DNA of 64,000 nucleotides from Eledone cirrhosa (lineage: Eukaryota): positions 6,696,001 to 6,760,000 of the forward strand of contig OZ024765.1 of NCBI GenBank assembly GCA_964016885.1. The letters are read 5' to 3'. The translations under genes and the position numbers were made by a program. This document shows positions 46,644 through 61,600 of this stretch, piece by piece. The number at the start of each line of letters is the position of its first letter. Positions within the stretch are counted from its first letter, which is position 1. Below the pieces are notes generated by a model. That model saw nothing but the letters and a program-made list of their open reading frames with translations. It did not search any database and had not been told where the DNA came from.

Positions 46644-49600
46644 CTGGAAAGGAAAATAGATGCAATCTTGAACTAACTAGAATGAAGAATTAAGCATAAT
46701 GATAATACACCATGTGTGTTTATATATATATTTATTAATACTTAATGTGATGCAGTCATAGTGTTGTTTTGTACTAAATATTTACAGTATCTTTACTGGT
46801 GGACAAATTGTAGTATTACAGTAAAGACTTTAATATTTAATGTGATGCAGTCATAGTGTTGTTTTATACTTTTCAAGAATGCCTTGCTAATGTGCAGTAC
46901 AAGTCATTAAGAATTAAAGACTAAATACCAAGGACAAGCTACAATAATACAAATACAAACCTGTATAAGCCTGTAAGTCTCTGTATTGTTGCTGATTCAT
47001 TAAATAGTCAGTGGGAAGGCTGCTATCAAGTATTTTCTGCAGAAGGATTTGTCCTATTTCACTGTAGATGGAGTGTGTGTTCCATTTTATCATATAGTTG
47101 ATCAGTGTTCCTGTTTCAGAGCAAAAAAATAAAATAGGGATTTATGAGGGGGCCTCAAAAAGGACAGTTGGAAAAAAAGTTTAAATCTTTAGCATTTACA
47201 TTGATCAAGAATTTGGAGGGATTTACTAATATAACTAACTTGCTCATTATCAAGATGGCTTTTTGGATGTAAAGATTCTTACATAAAATTCACCCTTTAG
47301 CATTTACATTACTCTATATTAACTATTGTATTTTCGAAGTAAAGGCTTTATCTTACATAATATCGAATCTAAGAGATTTTGATGTTATTTATTTTGAGAA
47401 CAATACCGTAACATAAATATGAGTGGCCAGTTTGGGCTGGTTTGAACAGAAAGAGGTGAAAGAATTCTGGTCGGATTAAATGCTAAAAAGGTAAGAAATA
47501 GTTTCAAAGCACCAGAAGTAGGTTTTGGCTGGGTTCCTATCTAAAAGGGTCACAAAACTTACTTTTCTGACTGTCAGACAATTCTGCAAGGATGTCCCAA
47601 ATCTTCGATGTTTTCCCTGTTTCATACATTTCTGTAAAAGAGATTAAATTTACACACAATCATCATCATCATCATTTAACGTCCATTTTTTCATGCTGGC
47701 ATAGGTTAGACAAATTGTCCCATTTGAGACAAGTCAGATCAGGTGATCATGTCTTGCTCATACAGAACTGTTTCTGACTTGGTTTCTATGACTGGATGCC
47801 CTTCCTAACACCAACCACATTTATAGCTTTTTATCATGGCACCAATACGACCACTTTTCAGTGTGGAATGGGTGCTTTTTGTCATGGTAAGAAAATGGCC
47901 ACTTTACAGGGTGGGCTAGGTGCTTTTTGTTGTGGCACCAAAACAATCACCTTACAGGGTGCTTTTGTTATAAGTGGCAAATTGGCAGAGTTGTTAGAAC
48001 AGATAGAATGCTTTGCAGTATTCATTACAACTCTTTCCTGTCAATATCAACTTCAATAAAAGAAAAATACCAGACCAGTAATAGGTTCTATTCTTCCTCT
48101 CTATCACAGACCTAAAGAGAAGATGGGCTCTGCCACATTTAACCCTTTAGCATTTACATTACTCTATATTTACTATTGGATTTTTACAGTAAAGGATTTA
48201 TCTTACATAATTATCTCATATAATATCACTGATGCCTGCTCAACCTATAGTATGAGTTTTAACAACAAAAGATAAGAGTAGTAGAAATATGAGATATACC
48301 TATTAATAGGTTGTAAATGGTCTGAGGTTTATCCAAGTCCAGTGCAAGTATGAGAGCTTTCTGTGTGTTTCCTGCTTTACGTGCATTGGAGAGAATCGTT
48401 TCTCTGAAATGAAGAGAGACACAATAATACATCTGGAGACATAAATAATCGATAAAAGAGAGAGAAGGAGACAAGACATAACAAGGACAAAAGAAAAGAG
48501 AGATAGGGAATAAAGCCACAATTATTTTTTTTTAAATATTACTTTAATGATGGAAGGTTTTTAGATAAATATAAACACTTTAACTCTTTCATTATCATAT
48601 TTCTAATGAAAGACATTGCCTATCATTTTCAAATAATCAAGAATTTGGAAAGATTTAGTCATATAACAAACTTTCTCATTATTAAGCTGGTGTTTGGTAC
48701 ATAACTTAACAAAGGGTCTGACAGAAAAATTATAAAGATTTTTAGATAAATATAAACTTTAACTCTTTTATACCCATTTTTCTAATGAAAGGCACTGCCT
48801 ATGATTTTCAAATCATTTGAAGGGATTTAGTAAAACAACTAACTTTCTCATCAACATTTTTATTACCATATTTCTTAAAAAAGACACTGCCTATGGTTTT
48901 CAAATAATTTTGAAGATATTTAAGAATTTATTAAGCTGGTGTTTAGAAGATAACTTAACAAAGGTTCTTACATAAAATTATGATGAAAGGTTTTTAGATA
49001 ATAATAATAATAATAATGAAATTATTGTGTAAAGTGCTCAGGTGCACTACAACTCGTCAATATAGTACATAGAATAATACACAAATGCCAGGGAAGTACA
49101 TGTTTGTATGTGTTAGCTGTAGTGTTGGCGGATCTCGGGAAGCATGGAGGCCTTAAAGGATGCAGCGTCTCGACAGCTAACAACTGATGCAGGTAGTTTG
49201 TTCCATGCTTCAGCAACTCTGAGCGTGAAAAAATGTTTCCGAAAGTCATGGGAACTGTGCTGTTTTCTTACTTTGTGGGCATGTCCACGTGTGTTAGACA
49301 CATGGAAATCGAAAAGGCACTCAGGGTTGTTGTTGGCAACATGGTTAACAATTTTGTGGGTGTTTACCAAGTCAGTTGCCAGGCGTCGGAGCTTCAATGA
49401 ATCCATGGGAAGCAAGGCGATCAGAGTATGGTAGATGCCTGATGGAGGGTATTCGCTTGGTTGCACGTCTCTGAACAGTTTCCAGGCGGTCAATGTCCTG
49501 AGCAAGATAGGGGTTCCAGACTGGTGATGCAAATTCTAAGTGTGGTCGCACCATAGCTGTATACAGCCTTAAATAGATATCTGGAGAGCGGCTGACAAAG

Positions 49601-50467
49601 GTCTTGCTGAGTGATGCTAAGACACCCTCGGCCCTCTTGACAATTTTAGAGACGTGCCTCGTCCAACGCAAATCGCTGCTGACCGTAATGCCCAGGTCAC
49701 GTTCACAGGAAGACTTCTTGATATTAGTGCTGTGGAGGGAATATGTGGACGCTGGGTTTTTACTCCCAAAATGCATGGTGGTGCACTTGTCCACAGCTAG
49801 CTTGAGTTGCCAGTCTGAGATCCACTGTTGCATTGTGTCCAGGTCAGACTGCAAGCAAGATCTATAGATAAATATAAACATTTAATAATGTAGAAACAGG
49901 GGACGTTTTAGGTGGTTTGGAACCCAAAGGGTTAACTTACTTGTACAATTGTTCATCCCTTTCAGAATCTTCTTCCTTTTTCTTTTCTTCTGTGATATCC
50001 TAAAAATTGACAATGGTGTGCATGTATATATATACATATATATATATGTAAATATACACACCTGTCTCACCCATGGAAAATGGACATTAATAGATGATGA
50101 TGATGATGACACACACACATATATACGGTGTACCCCGACATTCGCGGAATTTTCCTTAGAACCTAAGTAATAATTGTTTGTTGAGACCACCGCATATTCG
50201 TGGAATTGTAAATATCTTCTGCGATTTTTTTAATGACTTATTTCGTGGCAATATATATATATTTTAACACTAAATTATGAATAGCAATATACCGTATTTG
50301 TCAGCCTATTGGACACCACTTCTCATAAGATGCTCCCTTTTTTAAAAATTATATTTTACCTTATATTTTGACGTTTATAGGCATTTTCATGGACCACATC
50401 CAATATTCCCGGGAGCTCTAGGAACATAACCTGCTGTGAATACTGGGGGACAACTGTCTATATATAT

Positions 50468-50498
<31 letters not shown>

Positions 50499-53400
50499 TG
50501 AATAGAATGTTTACAGGTAAACATTTAGAAAGCCATAGCTATGAAAAAAATACTGGGGCTAATGCCCTCTGGTGGTGTCCAGCAGAAGCAAGGGGGACAA
50601 TCGTTGATGCATTTCGGACTTAACTGGTCCTCATCAGGACGATACCTACCACACTTGCGACTGCTGGACTTGAAAACAGTCGAGATTATATAGTTTTCTC
50701 GTCTGTGTAAATGAGGCGATTAATCTCATTTGCAGATGTAGCTGCATAAATTGGCTCAACTTATAATGTTCTATGAAAGGAATGCGACAAATGGAGATGC
50801 TGTATCGAGAAGTACTTGTCAAACCCATACATGCTTGGAACAACAGACGTAAAATGATGATGATGAATAAAACAGTTAATAAAGTTAGTAAAATGCCAGT
50901 TGTTACCTGCCAAAATCTAATTAAGGAATCAGATGCACCTGATACAATAGTCTTGGAATCCTTACTGATATCAATTGCCCAAGCATGTTCTGTGTGGGCC
51001 TCAATATGGTCCAGCAGAGTCTGGTTTAGAAGGTTCCAGATGTTTAAGAATCCATCAGTACAACTGTAAATAACAAAGAAACATTTTGGTAGAAATGTGA
51101 AGAACATATTCTGTGGTTGTGTTGGTGCCATGACAAAAGGCACCCAGTCCACACTGTAAAGTGGTCATTTAGGGGTCATGACAAAAGGCACACAGTACAC
51201 TCTGTGGTTGATTATAGGAAGGGCATCTAACTGCAGAAAACTTGTCAAACAAAGTCTTGACAATTTCTCTAGTGCTGAAGGGACTTAGTCATGCATTCTT
51301 TTACTGGTTTCAGTCATTAGACTGTGGCCATGCTGAGGCACTGCCTTGAAGGGATTTAAGCCTTGTATTCTTTTACTAGTTTCAGTCATTAGACTGTGGC
51401 CATGCTGGGGCACCACACTCTTGTATTCTTTTACTGGTTTCAGTCATTAGACTGTGGCCATGCTGAGGCACTGCCTTGAAGGGATTTAAGCCTTGTATTC
51501 TTTTACTAGTTTCAGTCATTAGACTGTGGCCATGCTGGGGCACCACACTCTTGTATTCTTTTACTGGTTTCAGTCATTAGACTGTGGCCATGCTAAGGCA
51601 CTGCCTTGAAGGCATTTAAGCCTTGTATTCTTTTACTAGTTTCAGTCATTAAACTGTGGCCATGCTGGGGCACCACACTCTTGTATTCTTTTACTGGTTT
51701 CAGTCATTAGACTGTGGCCATGCTGGGGCACTGTCTTGAAGGGATATAGTTGGTCATATTGACTCCAGTATCTGTCTAAACTATAAACATAGAAACAATT
51801 CAAAGAGCAGAAGATAAGAAGGAAAAAGTAGAAATATTTCACTGACCCACTGACAACATGACGTCCATTGTTCATAAGTATGATCTTCATAACTGGCATC
51901 TCATGGTTAAGTACCTGGAAATATCACATACACCTTCCTTAGTATTGATATATATCACATATAGAAGTGTCAAATACATACAAAGGTATATATAGATTTA
52001 CACACACACACACACATATCTCTTATCTAAGGCGGGTAAAATTCCCAAGATCCATGGACGAGTTCTCTCCAGCGGTCTCTGTCCCTCATTATCGCTGCCA
52101 TGTCCTGCGTCTCCAAGAGACCGGTTCCTGTCCTTAGGGCATCAACATATCTTAACCTTGGTCTCCCTCTTCCAGCGTGTCCATACAAGGGCTCCCACAG
52201 GAGTACTGAGTGCAGTGTCAACTCTGGATGTCGGTGAGCATGTCCAGCTAATCTGTCTCCTCTGTGTCACCTTTGAGCTGACTTTTGGGAGGCTCCCATA
52301 CAGCAAATATTTATTAAAATAACAGATTAAAGTTTAAGCAAAGAATCGCCGCGTCCACAGATTGATTCTTTTTAGTTTCAGCAGATCCCGTTAAGGGTGA
52401 AAGCAGCGATTCTTTGCTTAAATTTTAATCTGTTATTTTAATAATTACATATATATATATATCTTGATATATATATATCTTAATATATATATATATATAT
52501 ATGTGTGTAAATATGATAATAATGATGGCTGCGCGTTGCAAATGGTGGTGCATATGAAAAAGTAAGTCCTTCATCAGTGACCCTCCAACCGTCCCAGGCA
52601 TTTCATCGCTTTAAGGGCCATATGCCTCAGGTTGGTGCGAACAACGGCTAAAAAAAGTCGTTGGGACACGTAAATAAAGGGGACATTAGGGTAACAAACA
52701 AAATGGTTTAAGCAACGGAAAGTGAGAAGAAATAGACAAGTCCCAGATCTCTATGAATATAAACTCGGTGAAATCGTGAACAAGAGACAAAAGACCATCA
52801 AACCTGGTTGAAATGTGAGCAAGGAAGGAATTTCGCACAGGTCTAACAGGGGGAAGAAAAAGAAGAAGAAGAAGAAGAAGAAGAAGGGGTCTGGTCTACG
52901 AATTCGGTAAACATAAGTTTTGTGAAGTCGCAGACGAAAGAGAGAGAGAGAAATATCAGCATAGAAATGAAAGCTAACTACTTAGAACAAAGAAACCACC
53001 CACCATTGCTGTGGAGAAGTCTGAAATCTTCCAAATTCTGACAGTTCGATCATGAGAGGCTGTCAAAACACACTGCAAAGAAAATAGTAAACATTTAATT
53101 ACTGATTCTATTCTTAATAATTAAGTAAATAAATGAATAAATAAATACATGACTTTCGGAAACATTTTTTCACGCTCAGAGTTGCTGAAACATGGAACAA
53201 ACTGCCTGCGTCAGTTGTCAGCTGCTGAGACACTGCATCCTTTAAAACCCTCATGCTTCCCGAAATTCGCCAAAACTACACCTGATGTACCCCTTCCATA
53301 CACATGCACACATGTGTATATCATGACTCATCCACTGTTCATTTTCCTGACGTTTGTATATTACCCTATGTACTATACATACACTTTTTGATGAGTTGTA

Positions 53401-56400
53401 GTGCACCTGAGCACTGTACACAATATTTTCATTATTATATTATTATTATTATAAATGTACAGCTAACACCAATGTAGGTTTAGCTGACCTCCTACAAGGT
53501 TGTATCTTATAGGAGGTTTCTTGGGTGTTTTAATGAGAGGGAGCTCCCAGTCCTATCATGTTGTTATTGCTCACACCTATGTAGTTTAGCTGACTTCCTA
53601 CAAGTTAACATTTTATTAGAGGTTTCTCAGGTGTTTTAATGACAGGGACCCCAGTTATATATCTGGTTCTATTGGTAGGTTGGGATAAAAAAATGGCTAA
53701 ATAGGAACCTTAAAAAATGGGTGATTATTGTTTCACAGAACCAGTGGTGGGTTTGGGTGTGTTGGGATGAAAAGGGCTAAAGATGAACCCTTTAAACATT
53801 TAGCATTTACATTACTCTATAAATACTACTGTATTTTTGTGGTAAAGGCTTTACCTCACATAATATCTTACAGAATATTGAATCTATAAGATTTTGATAT
53901 TATTTATTTTGAGAACAATACCTTAACATCAGTATGAGTGGCTAGTTACAGCTGGTTTGAACAGAGAGAGGTAAAAGAATTATGGTCGGATATGGCTGGT
54001 TTAAAAAAGGTTAATCTCAGTGATAAATGAAGAATGATTATATTTGAAAATAATGCCTTAACATCAGTATGAGTGGCCAGTTTGAACAGAAAGAAGTGAG
54101 GCACTTCTGGCTGGATACGGTCAGTTTAAATGTTAAAGAGTTACAAAAGGTTAATCTCATTGATTATATTTGAAAGTGTCTTACCTTATCTACAGGTGAG
54201 AATGCCACGGATGTTAGCTTGGATTTGTGCCCTTTGAAAACACCGAGGACTTCAAATGATGTCACATCCCACAGCTGGCAAAATATAAGGGAGAAAAGGG
54301 TTTATGAAATCTAGAATCTTCACTTGGTTTCATTCATGCACTACTTATATTAAACATTACCTTATATGGTAGTGCTGGTGCCATGATAAAATGCACCCAG
54401 TACACTCTGTAAAGTGGTAGTGTTTGTGTCATGATAAAGCGCACCCAGTCCACTCTGTAAAGTGTTAATGCTAATGCCATGATAAAATGCACCCAGTCCA
54501 CTCTGTAAAGTGGTAGTGCTGGTGCTATGTTAAAATACATCCAGTATACTCTGTAAAGAGGTAATGCTGGTGCTATGTTAAAATACACCCAGTACACTCT
54601 GTAAAGAGGTAGTGATAATGCTACAATAAAATTCACCCAGCCCATACAGTTAAGTGACACTGCTGGTGTCATGATTAAATATACCCAGTACCATGTAAAG
54701 TGTCTATGGTGGTGCCATGAGAAACTAAATTTGGTACATGTCATAAAGTGGTTGGAATTAGAAAGGGCATCCAGCTATAGAAAGGAAGCCAGAAGCAGTT
54801 CTGTATGAGCAAGACGCGGTCACCTGACCTGGCTTGTCTCACAACAGGACAACTTGTCTAAACCATCCTAGTGTGGAAAAATGGATGTTAAACAGTCATG
54901 GTGATGATGACGGTATATATATATATATAAGCCAGAATCAGTTCCCATCCCACCCTTGCAAGCAGGAAAAAGCGGATGTAAATTGATGATGATGATGATG
55001 ATATATATATATATATATATATATACAGAAAAACAAGATGGTGTAATACAGAATATAGGAGAGACACACCAAATAAAAACCGTCACTGAGGAGGTCACAG
55101 AATGTGTGACGAAAGAGCTTTGACAATATATAAACAACCACTGGTTATCGAAACAACCAACCAGAAATTTATAATACATTATATATATATCATCATCATC
55201 ATCACCGTTTTACGTCCGTTCTTCCATGCTAGCATGGGTTAGACGGGTTGTCCTGTTGTGGGCAGTGTCTGGTCGGCTGACCATGCCTTGCTCATACAGG
55301 AACTGATTTGGCTTGATTTCTACAGCTGGATGCCCTTCCTAACACCAACCTCATTTACAGTGAGTGCTGGGTGCTTTTTTCCGTGGCGCCTACACGTCCA
55401 CTTTACAGTGTGGGCTGGGTGCTTTTTTGCAGTGGGAGGGTGTGGGGGCATATTGTCTATATGCTTCAGCTTGTACCCATGGGAGGTCGGGTACTCTGTA
55501 TTATATATATATATAATTACACACATAAATATAAAGCAGTACTTACATTAGCTGTGTGGTCTTCAGAACCAGTTACAAAGAGATTGTCATTTGGAGAGAC
55601 AGCTACACAGGATATACTTTTGGTATGGCTACTTCCCATGTGAACATTCTTTAACACAGCCGATTCCTTCTTGGAGAAATCTTCAGGGATTTTCCACATT
55701 TTTACTGTACAATCTGTTGATACACTCAGTAGCTTTGAAGGCAATGTCCTAGTGAAAGATATTATTATTGTTAGTAAATATCGGTGGATTGGCAGTATCG
55801 GTAGAGGGTCAGACGCCATACTTTATGGTCTGAGTTCAAATCCTGCCGAAGTTAACTTTGCCTTTCATCCTTATGGGGTCGATAAAATAAAGTACCAGTA
55901 ATCATCATCATCATTTTACGTCCACTTTTCCCTGCTTGCAAGGGTGGGACGGGAACTGACTCTGGCTTGATTTCTACAGCTGGATGCCCTTCCTAACACC
56001 AACCTCATTTACAGTGAGTGCTGGGTGCTTTTTTGCCGTGGCACCTCCACGACCACTTTGCAGTGAGTGCTGGGTGCTTTGTTGCCGTGGCCTCTCCACG
56101 ACCACTTTGCAGTGGAATGATAGGGACCCCAGTCCCTATCATCTCATTTCTACAGCTGAGTAAACTGGAGGAATGTGAAATAAAGTGTCTTGCTCAAGGA
56201 AACAACACATCACCCGGTCTGAGAATTGAACTCACAACCTTTCGATTGCAAGGCCAATGCTCTAACCACTAAGCCCATATGCCTCCATATATATATAAAT
56301 GTTTGGGTACTCTATGTAATGTGTATACAGTACCAATAGTGTTATTTTCAGGACATTAAATAAATTTTTTAAAAATAGTTATGTGTATGTGTGTCTCAAA

Positions 56401-58565
56401 TAAATAGAAGCAAATAAAAATAGAACTGACCGGAAGAAAGCCACAGCATCCACAGACATGGTATGGCCGTAACCAACAGCAACACAATGGACTGACCGGT
56501 CACTGCCCAGAAGCCACAATCTTATGGTTTTGTCCTGCAGAAAAAAAAAAAAAAAAAAAATTATGAATGGAACTTGGGACCATGAGGTGGGTTGCTGAGT
56601 ATGTTATGTTATTTTTTTTTGGGGGGGGGGGGGGGGTTTGTGAAATAAGGGCACTGAATATAAAGGATACAGAAAGTAGTGTTAATTTATTAGGAAATCT
56701 CCTGGCTAGGTATAGCTGACTTCCTACAAGGCTACATCTCATGGGATACCGAGGCCTCTCATTTATACACACACAAATATATATATATTCTATTTGGATT
56801 GGCAGTATCGGTAGAGGGTCGGACGCCATGCTTTGAAGCATAGAGTTACGTCCCTTTACGATCTGAGTTCAAATCCCGTCGAGGTTGACTTTGCCTTTCA
56901 TCCTTACGGGGTCGATGAAATAAAGTACCAGTAATGCACTGGGTAATTGCTGGCCTTGTGCCTAAAGTAGAAACAATTATAAGAACAGATTAAAGTTTAA
57001 GCAAAGAATTGCTGCTTTCACCCTTAACAGGATCTTCTGAAACTTCTGATACTAGAATATCTCAGGAAAGAATCACTGGACAGATTTATAGCTCAGAGAT
57101 GAGTCACTCCAGGTAGAGCTGCTACTTCTCCAAATTGAGAGATCACAGCTCTGATACTATAGGCATGTGGTTAGGATGTCTTATCATGAATCCAACAGCC
57201 TAACTCTGACCACAAGGCCACACACATTCACAATTAATAACTACATTACCTTAGAAGAACTGGCCAACAGCTGAGGTTTTGCAGGACATACGTCGAGACC
57301 AACAACAATATCGGTGTGACCTCGCAACACCTGACATGTCCAATCTGCGATCCTATAAATGGCAATATTCTCCGAGTTGCTGGCAACAGCCAGGAATTCT
57401 TGCTTGGCACCAAAATACCTCACTTCCAGAACATCATCAAAGAAACCGCAAAACTGTAAAAGAGAGAACAAATATAATATTACAATATCAGGTAACAACA
57501 ATGGAGCTAAAGGTAAGCGAGTCACTGCATCCTGGAGCAGATACAAACTACAGTGTGGAAATGCCGGTGTTGGACGTGCAAAAGTCACTCTTGCAAAATA
57601 GAGATATTTAACCCTTTAGCATTTACATTATTCTATATTTACTATGATATTTTCACGGTAAAGTCTTTATCTCACATTATATTGAACCTGGATTGGCAGT
57701 ATCGGTAGAGGGTCGGACGCCATGCTTTCTAGCATAGTTACGTCCCTTTACGATCTGAGTTCAAATCCCGCCGAGGTTAACTTTGCCTTTCATCCTTACG
57801 GGGTCGATAAAATAAAGTACCAGTAATACACTGGGATAATTGCTGGCCTTGTGCCAAAAGTAGAAACAATTATATTGAACCTATATGGCGGGGGTGGGGT
57901 GGGGTGGATTGACAGTATCGGTAGAGGGCCGGAAGCATAGAGTTACGGCCCTTGCCATTCTGAGTTCAAATCCCGCCAAGGTTAACTTTGCCTTTCATCC
58001 TTACGGGATCGATAAAATAAAGTACCAGTAATACACTGGGTAATTGATGGCCTTGTGCCAAAATTAGAAACAATTATATTGAACCTATATTTTAATATTA
58101 TTTATTTTGAGAATAATACCTTAACATCAGTATGAGCTGCTAGTAACAGCCAGTTTGAACAGAAGGTGAGAGAATTCTGGCCAGATAGCCAGTTTAAATG
58201 CCAAAGGGTTAAAGGATGGGGACGTTGTGTGTGACTCCGGCATTGAACCACAGACTACGCAGCACCTCCTGATATGCCCCCTGCTGGAACACCCCTGTAC
58301 AGCACCTCCTGATATGCCCCCTGCTGGAACACCCCTGTACAGTATCTCCATATATATATATATATATATATACGTAGGTCCCGGGTTGAGTCGGGGATAA
58401 CCACAGTAAGTAAGGTACTCAATACATGGCAGAGTAAAATTTTTTTATTTTATAGAAGGAGCTTCTACAGGACTAGTACTGTTTCATTCAGATGAAATCT
58501 TCAGGGATCTTCCTGAAGATTTCATCTGAATGAAACAGTACTAGTCCTGTAGAAGCTCCTTCTAT

Positions 58566-58600
<35 letters not shown>

Positions 58601-61600
58601 TCATCATCATCATCATCATCATCAACGTTTAACGTCAGTGTTCCACGCTTGCATGGGTTTGGACGGGGGTAGTCCCACTTGAGGCAAGAGTGATTGCTTG
58701 CTCGCATAGGACTGTCTGGCAGGTTTTCTACAGTTGGATGCCCTTCCTAACACCAACCACATTTACAGTGTGGGTCTGGGAGGTTTTTACCGTGTTGCCT
58801 ACACGGCCACATTACAGCGTGGACTGTGTGTTTTTTTGTCGTGACACCTACACGATCTCATTTGTTTCGGCCTCGATGGCGCGGCACCAACATAACTTTA
58901 CATAGAACGGGGTGGTGTGGATGGGGTGGGGGTGGTGGTGGTGGGACGGGGTGTATTTTGTTAGAGATGCCTACTGGCTGGAGTAGGTTTTACTATATAT
59001 TTAGGTAAGGCGGGTCTTCTCTGTTACTGAGTACCGCCAAAGGTCTCGGTCCAGTGACATTGTCTTGGAGAGGTGTAAGTGTGTGATGTCGGAGTTTATC
59101 AGCTCGTCCCAGGTTTTTCTAGGTCTGCCTATTCCGTGACTACCGTCTATCTTTATTGCCCTGCAATTTGTTATACAGCTATCGACTTTCATGCGCATCA
59201 CGTGTCCATACCAACGTAGCCTTCTCTCGAGTAAACAACATCTGATCCCTCTTATCTCTAATTTTTTCCTTAGTTCGTTTATGCTTTGCCGTTCACGTAT
59301 ATTACTGTTACACATCCAGCGGAGCATGCAAGCTTCGTTCCTCTCTAGTCTGCGTATATCCTCTGCATATATATATATATATATCATCATCATCATCATC
59401 ATCAACGTTTAACGTCCGTGTTCCACGCTTGCATGGGTTTGGACGGGGGTAGTCCCACTTGAGGCAAGAGTGATTGTCTTGCTCGCATAGGACTGTCTGG
59501 CAGGTTTTCTACAGTTGGATGCCCTTCCTAACACCAACCACATTTACAGTGTGGGTCTGGGAGGTTTTTACCGTGTTGCCTACACGGCCACATTACAGCG
59601 TGGACTGTGTGTTTTTTTGTCGTGACACCTACACGATCTCATTTGTTTCGGCCTGGATGGCGCGGCACCAACATAACTTTACATAGAACGGGGTGGTGTG
59701 GATGGGGTGGGGGTGGCGGCGGGAGGGGTGTATTTTGTTAGAGATGCCTACTGGCAAGGCGGGTCTTCTCTGTTACTGAGTACCGCCAAAGGTCACGGTC
59801 CAGTGACATTGTCTTGGAGAGGTGTAAGTGTGTGAGGTCGGAGTTTATCAGCTCATCCCATGTTTTTCTAGGTCTGCCTATTCCGTGGCTACCGTCTATC
59901 TTTATTGCCCTGCACTTTGTAATACAGCTATCGACTTTCATGCGCATCACGTGTCCATACCAACGCAGCCTTCTCTCGAGTAAACAACATCTGATCCCTC
60001 TTATCTCTAATTTTTTCCTTAGTTCGTTTATGCTTTGCCGTTCACGTATATTACTGTTACACATCCAGCGGAGCATGCAAGCTTCGTTCCTCTCTAGTCT
60101 GCGTATATCCTCTGCACACAATGCCCAGGTCTCACTACCATGCAACATTGCTGTTCGTATGCAGGCATCGTACAACCTGCCTTTCATTTTTAGGGAGAAC
60201 CCTTTAGCAGCTAATAGTGGTATAAGCTCTCTGAACTTTTTCCAACCAGTTCTGACTCTAGCTACAGTACTTTCAGAGCACCCTCCCCCACTGCTGATTT
60301 TATCGCCCAGGTAACGGAAGCTGTCCACTATTTCTATAAAACCCTCTGCGCAATTGAAAGAGCTAGTATTTTGTGGGCACTTGCTGCTACTTATTGCACC
60401 AGAACACCGGCCACATGTAAAGTCTATGTTCTTAGTTAGCTTACCTGTGATCCCACTACATCTTTTATGCACCCATACTTTGCATTTAGGACATAAGATG
60501 GAGTTTCTACCTACGCCTTTCCTACATACCGAGCACGACCATTTCCCAGAAGGGACCGCCGCCTTGTTTTCTTTCCTACAAACTAGAACTTTGGTCTTAG
60601 CCAGGTTAATTTTAAGTCCTTTTGACTCTAGGCCGTGCTTCCATGTTTGGAATTTCTTCTCTAGCTCGGCCATTGATTCCGCTATGAGTGTCAGGTCGTC
60701 TGCGTATAGGAGTTCCCATGGGCAGCCTGTCTTGAACTCCTCTGTTATAGCCTGAAGGGCAATAATAAATAGTAGGGGGCTGAGAACAGAGCCCTGATGG
60801 ACGCCAACTTTTACGCTAAACTCTTCACTATATTCGTTGTTAATTCTAACCTTGCTGACTGTTTCTTTATACATGGCTTGTATAGCCCTCACAAGCCATT
60901 CGTCAACGCCTAGTTTTCTAAGAGCCCACCAGATAATGGAGCGGGGGACTCTGTCGAAGGCTTTCTCCAGGTCGACAAAAGCTAAGTAGAGGGGTTTACC
61001 TTTAGCTAGGTACTTCTCCTGTAGTTGTCGTACTATGAAAAGAGCGTCTGTGGTGCTTTTGCCTGACACAAACCCGAACTGCATTTCATCTAGATCAATT
61101 CTCTCTCTGATTAGTTGCGCTATTACTTTTTCCGTGACCTTCATGACCTGGTCGATTAATTTAATGCCTCTATAGTTACTCCTATCTAGGGCGTCTCCTT
61201 TACCCTTATAACAGTTAACGATGATGCTGCTATGCCAGTCCTTCGGAACAACCCCATTCTGTACGACTTGGTTAACTATGCGGGTGACCATGGTGTGTCC
61301 CACCGTGCCAGATGCCTTCAGCATCTCAGCAACTATTTCCGAGAAAAAAAGATTAGAAATAAAATCTCTGATATTTACCTGTTTCTTACAGCTGAGATCA
61401 GTCGGATTGTAGACAGAAATAATAAAGTCATTATCAACAACTACTACACTCTCATCATCACCACCACCGCTATCATCATCATCATCATCAGTTGTAGTAG
61501 AAGCAGTATGAATCCTCATAGCAGAAGTTGCCTGCATAATCCCTGATCTGTGTCGGCTGTCATTGCCTTGTGTAACGATGGTTGTACCTTTGTCGGAGTC

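Noticed and set aside
52555-52585. CTGATGAAGGAC on the minus strand
   Set aside because: Second half of the hammerhead (helix II 3' strand, GAAA) is missing; at most a truncated remnant.
56795-56880. tRNA gene (A/B boxes); also 44107-44180
   Set aside because: No full cloverleaf; continues into a SINE body with many dispersed copies.
57490-57600. Unique intronic segment in TBL3 as a possible snoRNA
   Set aside because: Small hairpin only; no convincing C/D or H/ACA box set by eye.
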